From Panacagrimonas sp. (GTDB lineage: Bacteria > Pseudomonadota > Gammaproteobacteria > Nevskiales > Nevskiaceae): DNA of 64,000 nt. The notes below the pieces were generated by a model, which saw only the letters and a list, made by a program, of their open reading frames with translations, was not told where the DNA came from and did not search any database. Positions 19,781-29,579 of the stretch are shown here, piece by piece. Each line of letters starts with the position of its first letter. Positions within the stretch are counted from its first letter, which is position 1. The stretch spans positions 953,841 to 1,017,840 of the forward strand of contig NZ_CBDCGN010000003.1 in assembly GCF_965216805.1 (NCBI RefSeq), written 5' to 3'. The position numbers and the translations under genes were made by a program.

Positions 19781-20599
19781 TCAACGCTGACATGCCGGGC
19801 AGTAGCAGCTTGCGCGTTGGCCGATCACGACGCGACGGATCAGGGTTTGACAATGCCGGCAGGGCAGCCCCTGGCGGCCATAGACGTAGAGGTCCTGCTG
19901 GAAGTATCCGGATTCGCCGTTGGCCCCTGCAAAATCTTTCAAGGTGGTGCCGCCTTGCACGATGGCGGCCTCGAGCACCTCGCGGATGCGTGCGGCCAGC
20001 CCTGTGTACTCGGCGCGGGTGACCCTGCCGGCCGCGCGGCCGGGGCGAATACGGCAGCGAAACAGCGCCTCGGCGGCGTAGATGTTGCCGGCACCGACGA
20101 CGACCTGTCCGTCCATGATGAAGTTCTTGACCGCCGCGGTGCGCCCGCGCGACAAGCTGTAGAGATAATCGCCGTTGAAGGCGGGATCGAACGGTTCCGG
20201 CCCGAGATGACGCAGCAGCAGGTGATCGGGCTCGTTGGCAGCCCACAGCAGGACGGCGCCGAAGCGGCGCGGATCGTGAAAGCGCAGCAACTGTCCGCTG
20301 TCGAGTTCGAGATCGACGTGATCGTGCTTCACCGTCGGCGTGTGCCGGTCCAGCACCCACAGCCGGCCCGACATGCCCAGGTGCAGCAGCAGGCGGTCGC
20401 CGTTGTCCAGCAGCAGCAGCAGATACTTGGCACGGCGCTGTACCTGATCGATGCGCCGTCCCTGCAGGCGCGGTTCGAGATCCGCTGGTATCGGCCAGCG
20501 CAGGCGCCGGTCGCGCACCTGCACGGCAGTCAGTCGGCGACCGACGACATGCGGCTCGATGCCGCGGCGGACGGTTTCGACTTCGGGAAGTTCGGGCAT
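19781..20599 (-). CDS. mutM: formamidopyrimidine-DNA glycosylase
   Basis: MPELPEVET start, RRAKYLL, HLGMSG, DPRRFG, GAGNIYAAEALF, and a C4 zinc finger (CRHC...YCPACQ). Confidence 0.97.
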   Translation of the reverse strand: MPELPEVETVRRGIEPHVVGRRLTAVQVRDRRLRWPIPADLEPRLQGRRIDQVQRRAKYLLLLLDNGDRLLLHLGMSGRLWVLDRHTPTVKHDHVDLELDSGQLLRFHDPRRFGAVLLWAANEPDHLLLRHLGPEPFDPAFNGDYLYSLSRGRTAAVKNFIMDGQVVVGAGNIYAAEALFRCRIRPGRAAGRVTRAEYTGLAARIREVLEAAIVQGGTTLKDFAGANGESGYFQQDLYVYGRQGLPCRHCQTLIRRVVIGQRASCYCPACQR

Positions 20600-20740
20600 G
20601 GCGCGCATGCTCGGCGGCCTTCGGCCGCGCGTCCAGTGCGGCAGCCGTTGGGCCTCCGCAAATTTCCCACGCGGATGGGCGGCGTGCGGACGAACTCGCG
20701 TAGCACCGTACCGGGGTTGCACCATCTAACGACCGACACA

Positions 20741-20764
20741 ACCCTCGGGCTTCGCCCGGGCTAC
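20741..20764. repeat. GTAG-type REP-like hairpin
   Basis: accctcgggcttcgcccgggctac; its reverse complement begins GTAGCCCGGGCGAAGCCCG. A possible degenerate partner starts at about 20700 (gtagc...ggggttgcacc). Confidence 0.4.
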
Positions 20765-20838
20765 TTGGCACACGAGCCCACCCGCAGCTGACTTTTGAGC
20801 CCGTTTCTGCGCAGCGATGCCGGGGACGGCGAACCTAA

Positions 20839-20865
20839 CAAAAAGCCCCCGGCATAGCCGGGGGC
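20839..20865 (-). terminator. Rho-independent terminator of the large surface-protein gene
   Basis: An 8-bp stem gcccccgg/ccgggggc with a 5-nt loop is followed on the minus strand by a U-run. It lies 26 bp past the stop at 20892. Confidence 0.8.
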
Positions 20866-20891
20866 TCGTACTGCAAACGACCTCAGATCGT

Positions 20892-23800
20892 TCAGGGTTG
20901 CTCGGTCACCAGCAGGGTCGGGCCGGACACCGTGGCCATGCCACTGGGCAGGACCTGTTCGCCGGTGTCGTCACCGGTGGCATCGACCGCGGTCAGCTGG
21001 AACTGGTAGGACTGGGTGCCAGCTCCACCGGGACCGGCCGGACCCTGCGGGCCCTGCGGACCTTGCGGGCCGGTCGGACCCTGCGGTCCTGTCGGGCCTT
21101 GCGGACCAGCGGGGCCTTGCGGACCCTGTGGTCCCGGTTCACCCGGAGGGCCGGCAGGCCCCGCCGGACCCGGGTCGCCGTCGTCGCCGTTACAGCCGGC
21201 CAGGCCCAGGCTCAGCACCGCCGCGGCCATGACCAGCATGAAGCGCTGGCGCGAACTCAATCCGCCGACCATGCCGAGCAGCAGCAGGCCGCCGCCGCCC
21301 GCGGCCAACAATGCGGCGCCAGGTGACATGGCGCCGGTCGGCGCCTGGTTGAGCGCCAAGTCGGCGGCGAAGTCCACCGACAGGATGTAGCTGCGCGTCT
21401 GCCCGACAGCAAAGTTCACCGGCGTGCCGAACGTCACCGTGAAGGTGCCGCCCAGGCCCTTGCCGGCACCGTCGATGGTCACGTTGGCACCGGCCACGGC
21501 CATCTCGCCGGTGTCGATCTCGCCGTTGCCGTTGGCGTCCAGCACCAACTGCGCGCCGAACACATCGGCACCGAAGTCGCCGCTACCGCTGAGGGTGCCG
21601 CTGAAGCCATCCAGGGTGACGGTTTCGTCCGCGCTGTTGGTCAGCGAGAACGCCAGCGCCTCCACGTCCTGGTCGCCGGCGTTGACGTTGACCAGCACGC
21701 CAGCATCGCCATTGCCGACCAGCCCGATCATCGGACGGCCCGCAAACTCGAACGCACCGATATCGCAGTCCATGTTGCCGTCAGCATCGCCATCGACCGG
21801 ACGCGGTTGGCCGCGCTGATCGAGGTTGTTGATCGGCGCCGCCGCACAGGCCGCGTTGTCACCGGCATCGACCGCCGCACTGCCGGCCGACAGCGCCAGG
21901 GTCAGCGTCGGGCCGCCGTTGTCGGCCAGCATCGTGGCCACTCCGCCCATGTCGGCGATCAGATTGTTGTCACCCGCCGAGACCATGCCGGACAGCTGGG
22001 CATCGGTGGCGCCGCTGTTTTGCGCGATCAGCGTATTGGTTGCGTTGAACACCGAGGTGGCATCGGCCAGTTGCACGCCACCGCCGGCCGTGTTCGCCAC
22101 GTTGCCGGCGATGGTGGCGTTGGTGGCATTGACGATACCGGCCGGACGGATCAGCACGCCGCCGCCGCCAGTGAGGTTGGTGACGTTGCCGAACACGGTG
22201 GAGTTGGCGAGGTTCAACGTGGAGCCACCGAACACCCACAGGCCGCCGCCCTCGTTCTGCGCCTCGTTGTTGGAGACCGTGGAGTTCGCCATCGTCATCA
22301 CGGTCTGGCCGCCGGTGATGTGCACGCCGCCGCCATTGCCCGGCGTGTTGCCGGTGATGTTGCTGTCCATGGTGACCGCATCGAAGTTCACCACGGTGGC
22401 AGCCATGGACGACACGTCCTCGTAACCCCCTCCCGCACGTGACGCCGTGTTGTTGTTGATCACCGAGTCGGTGATGGTCACCGCCGGGCCGTTGAGGTTC
22501 ATCACGCCGCCGCCGGAACCGGAGTCGCCATTGGCCGCGTTGTTGTTGATGGTGGCGCCTTCGACGACCAAGGTGCCGCCATTGTTGAAGATACCGCCGC
22601 CGCCGTCGTCCGCGGCATCGCCCTGCGCCACGTTGTCGGAGATCACGGTGCCGCCCGTGTCGCTGGGCTGCACAGTCATGGTGCCGGTGGCATTCCACAA
22701 GCCGCCGCCTTCCTGGGCCGCAGCATTGCCGTCGATCAATCCGCCGTTGACGGTGACTGTGCCGCCGGGGCCGGTGATGTGCAGACCGCCGCCGTTGCCG
22801 GGTGCCGCCACCGCGCCCGTGCCGACGCCGGTGCCGTTGTTCTGCAAGGTCACGTCGGTGAGTGTGGTGATGCCGATCAGGGCCTCGATGCCGCCGCCAG
22901 CGCGATTGGAGATGTTGTTGGCGATCATGGTGCCGGTCACGGTCAACGCGGCGTCGTTGTTCGTCATGCCGTTGTTGAAGATGCCGCCGCCCGAACCCGC
23001 GGTACCCAGCGCCGCGTTGCCGGTGACCGAGCCGCCTACGACGATGAGCGTGCCGCCGTTGTTGAACAATCCGCCGCCGCCGTCGTCTGCCGCATTGCCA
23101 TTCGCGGCATTGTTGGCCACCACGGTATCGGTGACTGTCATGGTTCCGCCGCCGTTCCACAAGCCGCCGCCCTCGGTCGCGGCCACGTTGTTGCGCACCG
23201 TGGAGTCGATGATCTCGGCATTGCCGTTGCCGGTGATGTGCATGCCGCCGCCGTTGCCACCGCCGCCGCCGCCGATGGTGTTGGCGATGTTGCCGTCAGC
23301 CGGCGTATCGCCGCCGAGGGTGACGTTGGTCAGCGTCGCGGTCGAACCAGCGCGGGTCTCGATTCCGCCGCCGGCGCGGTTGGCGCGGTTGTCGCGAAGA
23401 ATGACGTCGGTCGCTTCAAGAATGGTGCCTTCGTTCATGAAGATGCCGCCGCCGGAGGCGACGCTGCCCGTGGCCGGGGTGTCGTCCATATTGAAGACAC
23501 CGGCGTCGTTACCGTCGATGAGCGTGCCGGTGATCACCACCGATCCTCCGGCTGCATCGCTGAAGATGCCGCCGCCGCCCTGGGCCATGGCGCCCGCATC
23601 AGCTGCACCGCCGATGGCGGTGTTGCCGGAGATATCCCCGCCGGTGATGGTCATGACGCCGCCGCCGTTCCACAGCGCGCCGCCTTCCACTGCAGAGTTT
23701 TCGCTGAAGCTGCTGTCGGTAACGGTGATGTTGCTGGCATTGGTGATGTGGATGGCGCCGCCATTGCCTGGAACGCCGTTGGCCACTGCGGCGACGGCTA

Positions 23801-24527
23801 CGTCGTTATTGCTGAACGTGGAGCCGGACACCGTGGTCGCAGCGGTCGCACCGAAGATTTCGATGGCGCCGCCGGCGCGAGCCGCCGTATTGCCGGTGAA
23901 CATGCTGCCCGAGATCGACAATGTGGTGCCGCCGTGGATGATGGCGCCGCCGCTGCCGGACATGGTGGTCGCAGCATTGTTGCTGAACGTGGAGTCCACG
24001 ATGGTCAGCGCGCCGAGGCTCTCGACCGCGCCGCCGTTGGTCATACCACCGCCGGTGCCGACATTGCCGGTCACCGTCACCGAGTCCAGTGTCACGGTGG
24101 TGTCCGCGCCGATGCTGATCGCACTGCCGCTGGCGGCGCTGCCGCCGGTCAGGGTCAGGCCCTCGATCACCACGCCCGTCGCAGACGGCGAGCTGACTGA
24201 CAGGATTGCACCGCCGTTGCCGTCAATGGTGACGTCACCCGTAATGCTGACGTCGTCGGTGATGGCCGGCAGGGGCGAGGTCAGGGTAATGGACGCCACG
24301 CCGGGGCCGAAGGTGATGGTGTCGCCTTCGAGTTCGCCGGCCGGCGCATCACCGGCGGCCATGTTGGTACTGGCCGCCTGAATCGCTTCGCGCAGGCTGA
24401 TTTCGCCGTCGACTGCGACCGTGTCTGCAACGGTGGTGACGACGTAGTCGGTTGCCAGCGCTGGTGCGGACAAAGCCAATGCAGCGGCGGCTGCCGCCAG
24501 ACGCTGCGGTAAGGTTGAGGATTTCAC
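20892..24527 (-). CDS. large secreted beta-helix surface protein: CSLREA-like N-terminus, polymorphic-membrane-protein repeats, choice-of-anchor Q domain, Ig-like domain, hydrophobic hairpin, lipobox and collagen repeat
   Basis: Signal peptide, then [10 protein letters not shown]...ISLREAI, many GGAI/GGGIFN/N-x-A repeats, and [13 protein letters not shown]...DQRG...DIGAFE. The C-terminus has LSLGLAGC followed by Gly-X-Y repeats. Confidence 0.9.
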   Translation of the reverse strand: MKSSTLPQRLAAAAAALALSAPALATDYVVTTVADTVAVDGEISLREAIQAASTNMAAGDAPAGELEGDTITFGPGVASITLTSPLPAITDDVSITGDVTIDGNGGAILSVSSPSATGVVIEGLTLTGGSAASGSAISIGADTTVTLDSVTVTGNVGTGGGMTNGGAVESLGALTIVDSTFSNNAATTMSGSGGAIIHGGTTLSISGSMFTGNTAARAGGAIEIFGATAATTVSGSTFSNNDVAVAAVANGVPGNGGAIHITNASNITVTDSSFSENSAVEGGALWNGGGVMTITGGDISGNTAIGGAADAGAMAQGGGGIFSDAAGGSVVITGTLIDGNDAGVFNMDDTPATGSVASGGGIFMNEGTILEATDVILRDNRANRAGGGIETRAGSTATLTNVTLGGDTPADGNIANTIGGGGGGNGGGMHITGNGNAEIIDSTVRNNVAATEGGGLWNGGGTMTVTDTVVANNAANGNAADDGGGGLFNNGGTLIVVGGSVTGNAALGTAGSGGGIFNNGMTNNDAALTVTGTMIANNISNRAGGGIEALIGITTLTDVTLQNNGTGVGTGAVAAPGNGGGLHITGPGGTVTVNGGLIDGNAAAQEGGGLWNATGTMTVQPSDTGGTVISDNVAQGDAADDGGGGIFNNGGTLVVEGATINNNAANGDSGSGGGVMNLNGPAVTITDSVINNNTASRAGGGYEDVSSMAATVVNFDAVTMDSNITGNTPGNGGGVHITGGQTVMTMANSTVSNNEAQNEGGGLWVFGGSTLNLANSTVFGNVTNLTGGGGVLIRPAGIVNATNATIAGNVANTAGGGVQLADATSVFNATNTLIAQNSGATDAQLSGMVSAGDNNLIADMGGVATMLADNGGPTLTLALSAGSAAVDAGDNAACAAAPINNLDQRGQPRPVDGDADGNMDCDIGAFEFAGRPMIGLVGNGDAGVLVNVNAGDQDVEALAFSLTNSADETVTLDGFSGTLSGSGDFGADVFGAQLVLDANGNGEIDTGEMAVAGANVTIDGAGKGLGGTFTVTFGTPVNFAVGQTRSYILSVDFAADLALNQAPTGAMSPGAALLAAGGGGLLLLGMVGGLSSRQRFMLVMAAAVLSLGLAGCNGDDGDPGPAGPAGPPGEPGPQGPQGPAGPQGPTGPQGPTGPQGPQGPQGPAGPGGAGTQSYQFQLTAVDATGDDTGEQVLPSGMATVSGPTLLVTEQP
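21027..21188 (-). repeat. collagen-like Gly-X-Y repeat (about 18 triplets)
   Basis: The translation [54 protein letters not shown] gives 9-bp periodicity in the DNA. Confidence 0.9.
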
Positions 24528-24684
24528 GTCGGGTCTCTCCCTGGGTGAGGATGATGAATGAAGCTCGGGTGGCCGGACCGGTCACGCTGCGTCGCGGCGA
24601 GGGTGTTGCTCCGGGGGCACTGTAACAATCCCCGCGCCTGGCGCGAACTCTGAACCGGTGGCCCTAAATCGAGGGCATGAGGCG

Positions 24685-24711
24685 TACGCGCTGAACCGGA
24701 CTCCGGATGCA
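24685..24711 (-). promoter_or_regulatory. putative ECF-sigma-type promoter (TGCATCC-N16-CGTA)
   Basis: On the minus strand, TGCATCC is at 24705-24711 and CGTA at 24685-24688, with a 16-nt spacer, about 160 bp upstream of the surface-protein start. Confidence 0.35.
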
Positions 24712-24752
24712 GCAAAACCGAAATTACTTTCGCTCAAGTCCGCAGCGGGTGC

Positions 24753-26546
24753 TCAGTCGTTAGCCACCACCGGCGTGGAACTGAGTACCTCGTAGGCATC
24801 GGTCTGCCCTGCGGCGATCTTGTGCGCGCCGGCGACGCGCAGCGGCACCATGCCTTCGCGAATGGCCTGGCGGCGCAGATCGGCGATGTCGCCCTGGCGG
24901 TCGATGAGGCGTTTCAGGCCCAGGCTCAACGGCATGATCTCGTACAGGCCCAGGCGACTGAGATAGCCGGTCTCGCGGCATTCCAGGCAACCCACGGCCT
25001 GGCGGATTTCAGTTGGCGGCGACAGATTTTTAGCCTCGCCGACCAGTTCGTTCCAGGCTTCCGGATCAACCGTAGCGGGCATCTTGCAGTGCGGGCACAG
25101 GCGTCGCACCAGGCGTTGCGCCACCACGCCGAGCAGCGTGGCCTTGATCAGGTAGGGCGGCACGCCGAGGTCAAGCAGGCGCGTGACCGCGCTGGGCGCA
25201 TCGTTGGTGTGCAGGGTGGACAGCACCAGGTGTCCGGTGAGCGCGGCCTGCACCGCGTTCTCGGCGGTTTCCAGATCGCGGATCTCGCCAATCATGATGA
25301 TGTCCGGGTCCTGGCGCAGCAGCGCGCGCACGCCGTTGGCAAAGGTCAGGTCGATGGCGGTATGCACCTGCATCTGGTTGAACGCCGGCTCCACCAGTTC
25401 GATGGGGTCTTCGATGGTGCAGACGTTGACCTCCGGCGTGGCGAGCTGCTTGAGGCTGGAGTACAGCGTGGTGGTCTTTCCCGAGCCGGTGGGGCCGGTG
25501 ACCAGGATGATGCCGTGCGGCTGGCGGATCATGTCGTTCCAGCGCTGCGAATCTTCGGCGGAGAAACCCAGCGCAGAAAAATCGCGCAGCAGCACTTCGG
25601 GATCGAAGATGCGCAGCACCATCTTTTCGCCAAAGGCGGTGGGCAGGCTGGAGCCGCGAAGCTCGATTTCCTTGCCCTCGGGCGAACGCGTCTTGATGCG
25701 GCCGTCCTGCGGCTTGCGCTTTTCCGCTACGTCCATGCGCGCCAGAATTTTTATGCGACTGCTCACCGCCACCATGACCGGGGTCGGCATCTGGTAGACC
25801 TCGTGCAGCACGCCGTCGATGCGGAATCGCACCTGGCCGGTTTCGCGCCGCGGCTCCAGATGGATGTCGGATGCGCGCGACTCGAACGCGTAGCTGAGCA
25901 GCCAGTCGACGATGGCGACCACGTGCTGGTCGTCGGCCGTGAGCTTGCCGCGCCGGCCCAGCTCCATGAGCTGTTCCAGGTTCTGCATGCCGCTGGGCGC
26001 GACTGCGCGGCGCTCTTCGTTGCTGGCCTTGACCGAACGCGACAGGGCGTAGAACTCCACCAGGTAGCGCTCGATGTCGTCGGGGCTGGCCAGCACGCGC
26101 TTGATCGATTGCGGCACGATGCGCGCGAGTTCGGTTTCCCACTCGCGCTCCAGAGGCTCGGCGGTGGCGACGACGATCTCCGTGGGCGATACCTTCACTG
26201 GCAGCACACGGATGCGCGAGGCATAGGCGTAGGGCATCACCGAAGTCACCTTGGCGACGTCGATGGCCAATGGATCGATGCGTATCCAGCCTATCTGGTG
26301 TCTGGCGGCCAGCCATTGCAGCAGCGCGTCCATGCTCAGGCGCGCGCCCGCACGTCGCGGGTCCGGCCATTCCTGCTGCGCCAGCAGCGACAGCGGATGT
26401 CGCGGCTTTTCGCGCAAGCCGGCGAGCTTGACCTGCAGCTCGCGGCCCTGGGCGACGTCGATCAGGCCGTCGTGCAACAGGCCTTCCACCAGCTCCTGCA
26501 GGTTCAGACGACGCTCGACGCCGGGAGATGCGGATGCGATGGCCAT
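24753..26546 (-). CDS. GspE/PulE/PilB-family secretion ATPase (orphan)
   Basis: ASDIHLEP, RFRIDGVL, PQDGR, Walker A GPTGSGKTT, TIEDPIE, LRQDPDIIMIGEIRD, TGHLVLSTLHTND, and a Cys4 motif (CPHC...CLEC). Confidence 0.92.
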   Translation of the reverse strand: MAIASASPGVERRLNLQELVEGLLHDGLIDVAQGRELQVKLAGLREKPRHPLSLLAQQEWPDPRRAGARLSMDALLQWLAARHQIGWIRIDPLAIDVAKVTSVMPYAYASRIRVLPVKVSPTEIVVATAEPLEREWETELARIVPQSIKRVLASPDDIERYLVEFYALSRSVKASNEERRAVAPSGMQNLEQLMELGRRGKLTADDQHVVAIVDWLLSYAFESRASDIHLEPRRETGQVRFRIDGVLHEVYQMPTPVMVAVSSRIKILARMDVAEKRKPQDGRIKTRSPEGKEIELRGSSLPTAFGEKMVLRIFDPEVLLRDFSALGFSAEDSQRWNDMIRQPHGIILVTGPTGSGKTTTLYSSLKQLATPEVNVCTIEDPIELVEPAFNQMQVHTAIDLTFANGVRALLRQDPDIIMIGEIRDLETAENAVQAALTGHLVLSTLHTNDAPSAVTRLLDLGVPPYLIKATLLGVVAQRLVRRLCPHCKMPATVDPEAWNELVGEAKNLSPPTEIRQAVGCLECRETGYLSRLGLYEIMPLSLGLKRLIDRQGDIADLRRQAIREGMVPLRVAGAHKIAAGQTDAYEVLSSTPVVAND

Positions 26547-26731
26547 GGTCGAAGGCTACCACCGCGCCAGGCTGGCTCGAACGTCGGCGTCTGGGGCCGA
26601 GCCGTGGGCATCGTCGGCTCCGCCGTGGATAATGCGGCAGCGCGTCGTGGCCGGCAGTTGCTTGCCGACGGCGCGCATCACCGCCGCAGCGCATCGCCTG
26701 CGCATCACCTTGCATTCGAGTTGCCGCCCCC

Positions 26732-27253
26732 ATGCGATTCCTCATCCCGATCATCGCCGCCAGTCTCCTCGGGGCCTGTGCCAAACCGGCGTGGGTGCGT
26801 CTGCCCGATACCTCCGACTGGTTCTCCAAGGCCGAAAACCTGGTGCAGGTGGAAGAGGTGGCACGCGCCAACGTCTGCCATTCGGTCACCGACGAAATCG
26901 AGTTGGCCGTTCTGGGCAATGTCGCGGCCATGCAGGCGCTGGCCTCCGGCCGGGGCTTCGAATGGGTCCGCAATTCCGCCAAGTCGCTGCCCGAAACCGC
27001 TTACGCGGTCGTCGAGTTCGGACAGCGCCCCAACAGCGGCTACGGGCTGGCGGTGAGCCGCGAGGCGGCGTTGCAGGGCGACACGCTGCGCCTGCGTGCG
27101 ACCTTCTTCGAACCGCAGCAGGGTCGTTGGGCCGGCAGCGAACCCAGCAGTCCCTGCGTGGCAGTGAGCATTCCCGGCGGGGCCTACGAGCGCATCGAGC
27201 TGGTGGATCAGACCGGACGCGTGCGCGCGATGACGCGGCTGGGTGGCGCCTGA
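26732..27253 (+). CDS. lipoprotein with PrcB C-terminal-like domain
   Basis: Lipobox LLGAC and VVEFGQRPNSGYGLAV...SSPCVAV, a PrcB-type pattern. Confidence 0.75.
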   Translation: MRFLIPIIAASLLGACAKPAWVRLPDTSDWFSKAENLVQVEEVARANVCHSVTDEIELAVLGNVAAMQALASGRGFEWVRNSAKSLPETAYAVVEFGQRPNSGYGLAVSREAALQGDTLRLRATFFEPQQGRWAGSEPSSPCVAVSIPGGAYERIELVDQTGRVRAMTRLGGA

Positions 27254-27693
27254 TGCGCGCCTTGATGCTGGCGGCGCTGCTGCTGTTCGTCTCCTCGCTG
27301 GCCGCGGCCGCGACACCTGCCCAGACCGTGGATGCCTTTCACGCCGCCTTGCGCGACCGTCAACCCGACCGTGCGGTGGCGCTGCTGGCGCCGGAGGCAC
27401 TGATCTACGAGCAGGGCTTCGCCGAGCTTTCGCGTGCCGACTGGATGCGCAACCAGCTCGGGCCGGCGGTTGCGTTTGCGGCCGATACCCAACGCAAGCT
27501 GCTGCGCCGCGAATCGCGCCAGTTGGGCGATGTGGCCTGGGTGGTGTCGAGCACGCAGACCACCGTCGCCCTGGCACAGGACCCGCCGTTGCGGCTCAAC
27601 GGCGCCGAGACCGCCATCCTGCGTCGCGACGGCGATCGCTGGGTGATCGTGCATCTGCACTGGTCGGCGCACGAAGAAGCCGCCGGTCCCTGA
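27253..27693 (+). CDS. secreted NTF2-like/DUF4440 family protein
   Basis: Signal peptide, TVDAFHAAL and ETAILRRDGDRWVIVHLHWS. The start overlaps the upstream stop (TGATG). Confidence 0.75.
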   Translation: MRALMLAALLLFVSSLAAAATPAQTVDAFHAALRDRQPDRAVALLAPEALIYEQGFAELSRADWMRNQLGPAVAFAADTQRKLLRRESRQLGDVAWVVSSTQTTVALAQDPPLRLNGAETAILRRDGDRWVIVHLHWSAHEEAAGP

Positions 27694-27720
27694 CTAATCA
27701 ACTGCGGCAGCGGCAACCTC

Positions 27721-27864
27721 AGAACCTGTCCCAAAACCTACTGCGCTCGGCATTTCGCGTCCGTACGGTGCTCGAAATGCTCACGCACTTCTATGTACGC
27801 TCCGCTTCCTGCGCTCCGCCGAACGCGAACTACCTTCGCTCGCTACGGTTTTTGGACAGGTTCT
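27721..27864. mobile_element. 144-bp MITE-like palindromic element with terminal inverted repeats
   Basis: The left end agaacctgtcccaaaacc (27721-27738) and the reverse complement of the right end, agaacctgtccaaaaacc (27847-27864), match 17/18. It is intergenic with no coding capacity. Confidence 0.65.
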
Positions 27865-27930
27865 TAGAGTTGCAAGGCTCATCGATCGGCAGCCGACCGG
27901 CGCCGGCTTAATACGGGGGAGTATCCATCC

Positions 27931-28875
27931 ATGCTGCATCCCTTGCCGGGCGCGCTGCAGGGCGCTGTCATGGCGATCCTGCTGATCGTCAACACGGTGT
28001 TCTGGGCAACTCCGCTGTACGTGGTGTTTCTGCTCAAGTTGCTCACGCCCGCCAAGTCGGGTTTGCGCGACGCGCTGTCGCGCCTGGCCTCGGCCATCGC
28101 GCAGAACTGGTCGCAGGTCAACGTGCGTCTGTCGACGCTGTTCCAGCGCATCGAGTGGGATATCCGCGTCAGCGGCGAGCTCGATGCCAGGCGGCAGTAC
28201 CTGGTCTGCTCCAATCACCAGACCTGGAACGACATCTTCGTGCTGATGCGCGCGTTCGGTCGGCGCGCGCCCTTCTTCAAGTTCTTTCTCAAGAAGGAAC
28301 TGATCTGGGTGCCGGTGCTGGGCCTGGCCTGGTGGGGCCTGGACTACCCGTTCATGCATCGCTCCACCCCGGATCAGATCAAGAAAAATCCCGCGCTCAA
28401 GGGCAAGGATCTGGAGGTCACCCGCAAGGCCTGCGAAAAATTCCGCAACCAGCCGGTTCTGATCCTGAACTTTCTCGAAGGCACGCGGTTCACCCCCACC
28501 AAGCAGGCCAACCAGAAGTCGCCCTACCGCCACCTGCTGCGCCCCAAGGCCGGCGGCTTCGCGTTTGCGCTGGAGGCCATGGGCGACAAGCTTCATGGTT
28601 TGCTTGACGTCACCATCGCCTACCCCGGCGGCGCGGTCGGTTTCTGGGAATTTCTCAGCGGCAAGGTGCGCCGGGTCATCGTGGATGTGCGTCCGCTGAG
28701 TTTGCCGGAGGGCCTGCTGGAAGGGCTGGCGGCAGGTCGTTACGAGGAAGACCCGGATTTTCGCAAGCGCTTCCAATTCTGGATCGGCGACCTGTGGAAA
28801 GAAAAGGATCGACGCATCTCGCTGATGCTGGAGCCGCCGCTGCCGGGGGGCGCGGGCGCCGCAGCGACGTCCTAG
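27931..28875 (+). CDS. PlsC-family acyltransferase (YihG-like)
   Basis: SNHQTWNDI (HxxxxD), KFFLKKELIWVP, FLEGTRF and LLRPKAGG motifs. Confidence 0.88.
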   Translation: MLHPLPGALQGAVMAILLIVNTVFWATPLYVVFLLKLLTPAKSGLRDALSRLASAIAQNWSQVNVRLSTLFQRIEWDIRVSGELDARRQYLVCSNHQTWNDIFVLMRAFGRRAPFFKFFLKKELIWVPVLGLAWWGLDYPFMHRSTPDQIKKNPALKGKDLEVTRKACEKFRNQPVLILNFLEGTRFTPTKQANQKSPYRHLLRPKAGGFAFALEAMGDKLHGLLDVTIAYPGGAVGFWEFLSGKVRRVIVDVRPLSLPEGLLEGLAAGRYEEDPDFRKRFQFWIGDLWKEKDRRISLMLEPPLPGGAGAAATS

Positions 28876-28905
28876 CCGACCGCATCCGATGCCCCGCAGG
28901 CGGGA

Positions 28906-29481
28906 TCAGACGGGACGCCGCATCGCCGCGATCAGGTCTTGCAACAGCGGCTCGAGCTGCGCATCCAGCGTCGCCGAAACCTCCGGCCACTGCGTCGATG
29001 CATCGATCAGACCCTGCGGATCGCGCAAGCGCGCGGCGACCCGCCGCACCGCGAGCACGATGCCGGAAGGGGTTGCGTAGGACTGCAGCAGTTCGGCGAA
29101 ACCCTGCGCGTCGGGCCGGCGACTGCCGCCCAGCACGAACCAGGGGGCCGCCGCGGCCATCGCGCTGCCGCAGCGCTGCGCGAATGGTGCCAGCGGCTCG
29201 GAATGCAGACGCGGCCAGGCGGTGGCCAGCGCGTGGTCGGCCGCCAGATCCAGCACGATGCCCGCGTAGCGGCGCGCGCCCGGCGCAAAGCGCGAACGCG
29301 CTTCCACCATCGCCGGATGGCGGTCGGTGGTGGCGTCCACGCGACGGTGCAGGCGGATGCCCAGCGCGATATCCGGCGGATAGGCCGACAGGTCGGCGCC
29401 GCGCACGACGTCGCCGAGTACGCTGCCGGCCAGCGAGGTCTGCGTGCGGTCGGCCAGCCACAGGTGGGCGAGGAAATTCAT
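28906..29481 (-). CDS. acpH: acyl carrier protein phosphodiesterase
   Basis: MNFLAHL, GDVVRG, GIRLHRRVDATTDRHP and AGIVLDLAADH motifs. Confidence 0.88.
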   Translation of the reverse strand: MNFLAHLWLADRTQTSLAGSVLGDVVRGADLSAYPPDIALGIRLHRRVDATTDRHPAMVEARSRFAPGARRYAGIVLDLAADHALATAWPRLHSEPLAPFAQRCGSAMAAAAPWFVLGGSRRPDAQGFAELLQSYATPSGIVLAVRRVAARLRDPQGLIDASTQWPEVSATLDAQLEPLLQDLIAAMRRPV

Positions 29482-29579
29482 CGATGCGCGGAGATCGGTG
29501 ATTCTTGTCGGGCCGGCGTCGCAGGGCAGTCCGCACGATGGATCACGGTCCCGCATCCGGTCCCGTCACCCATCGCCCA

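Noticed and set aside
21016-21390. Plus-strand ORF with GPCGPCGP repeats, and the 9-bp periodic DNA considered as a CRISPR or VNTR
   Set aside because: It is the antisense reading of the collagen repeat. There are no unique spacers and no cas genes.
22447-24381. Pro-rich plus-strand ORFs 22447..24381 and 22779..24200
   Set aside because: They are mirror frames of the Gly-rich surface-protein gene.
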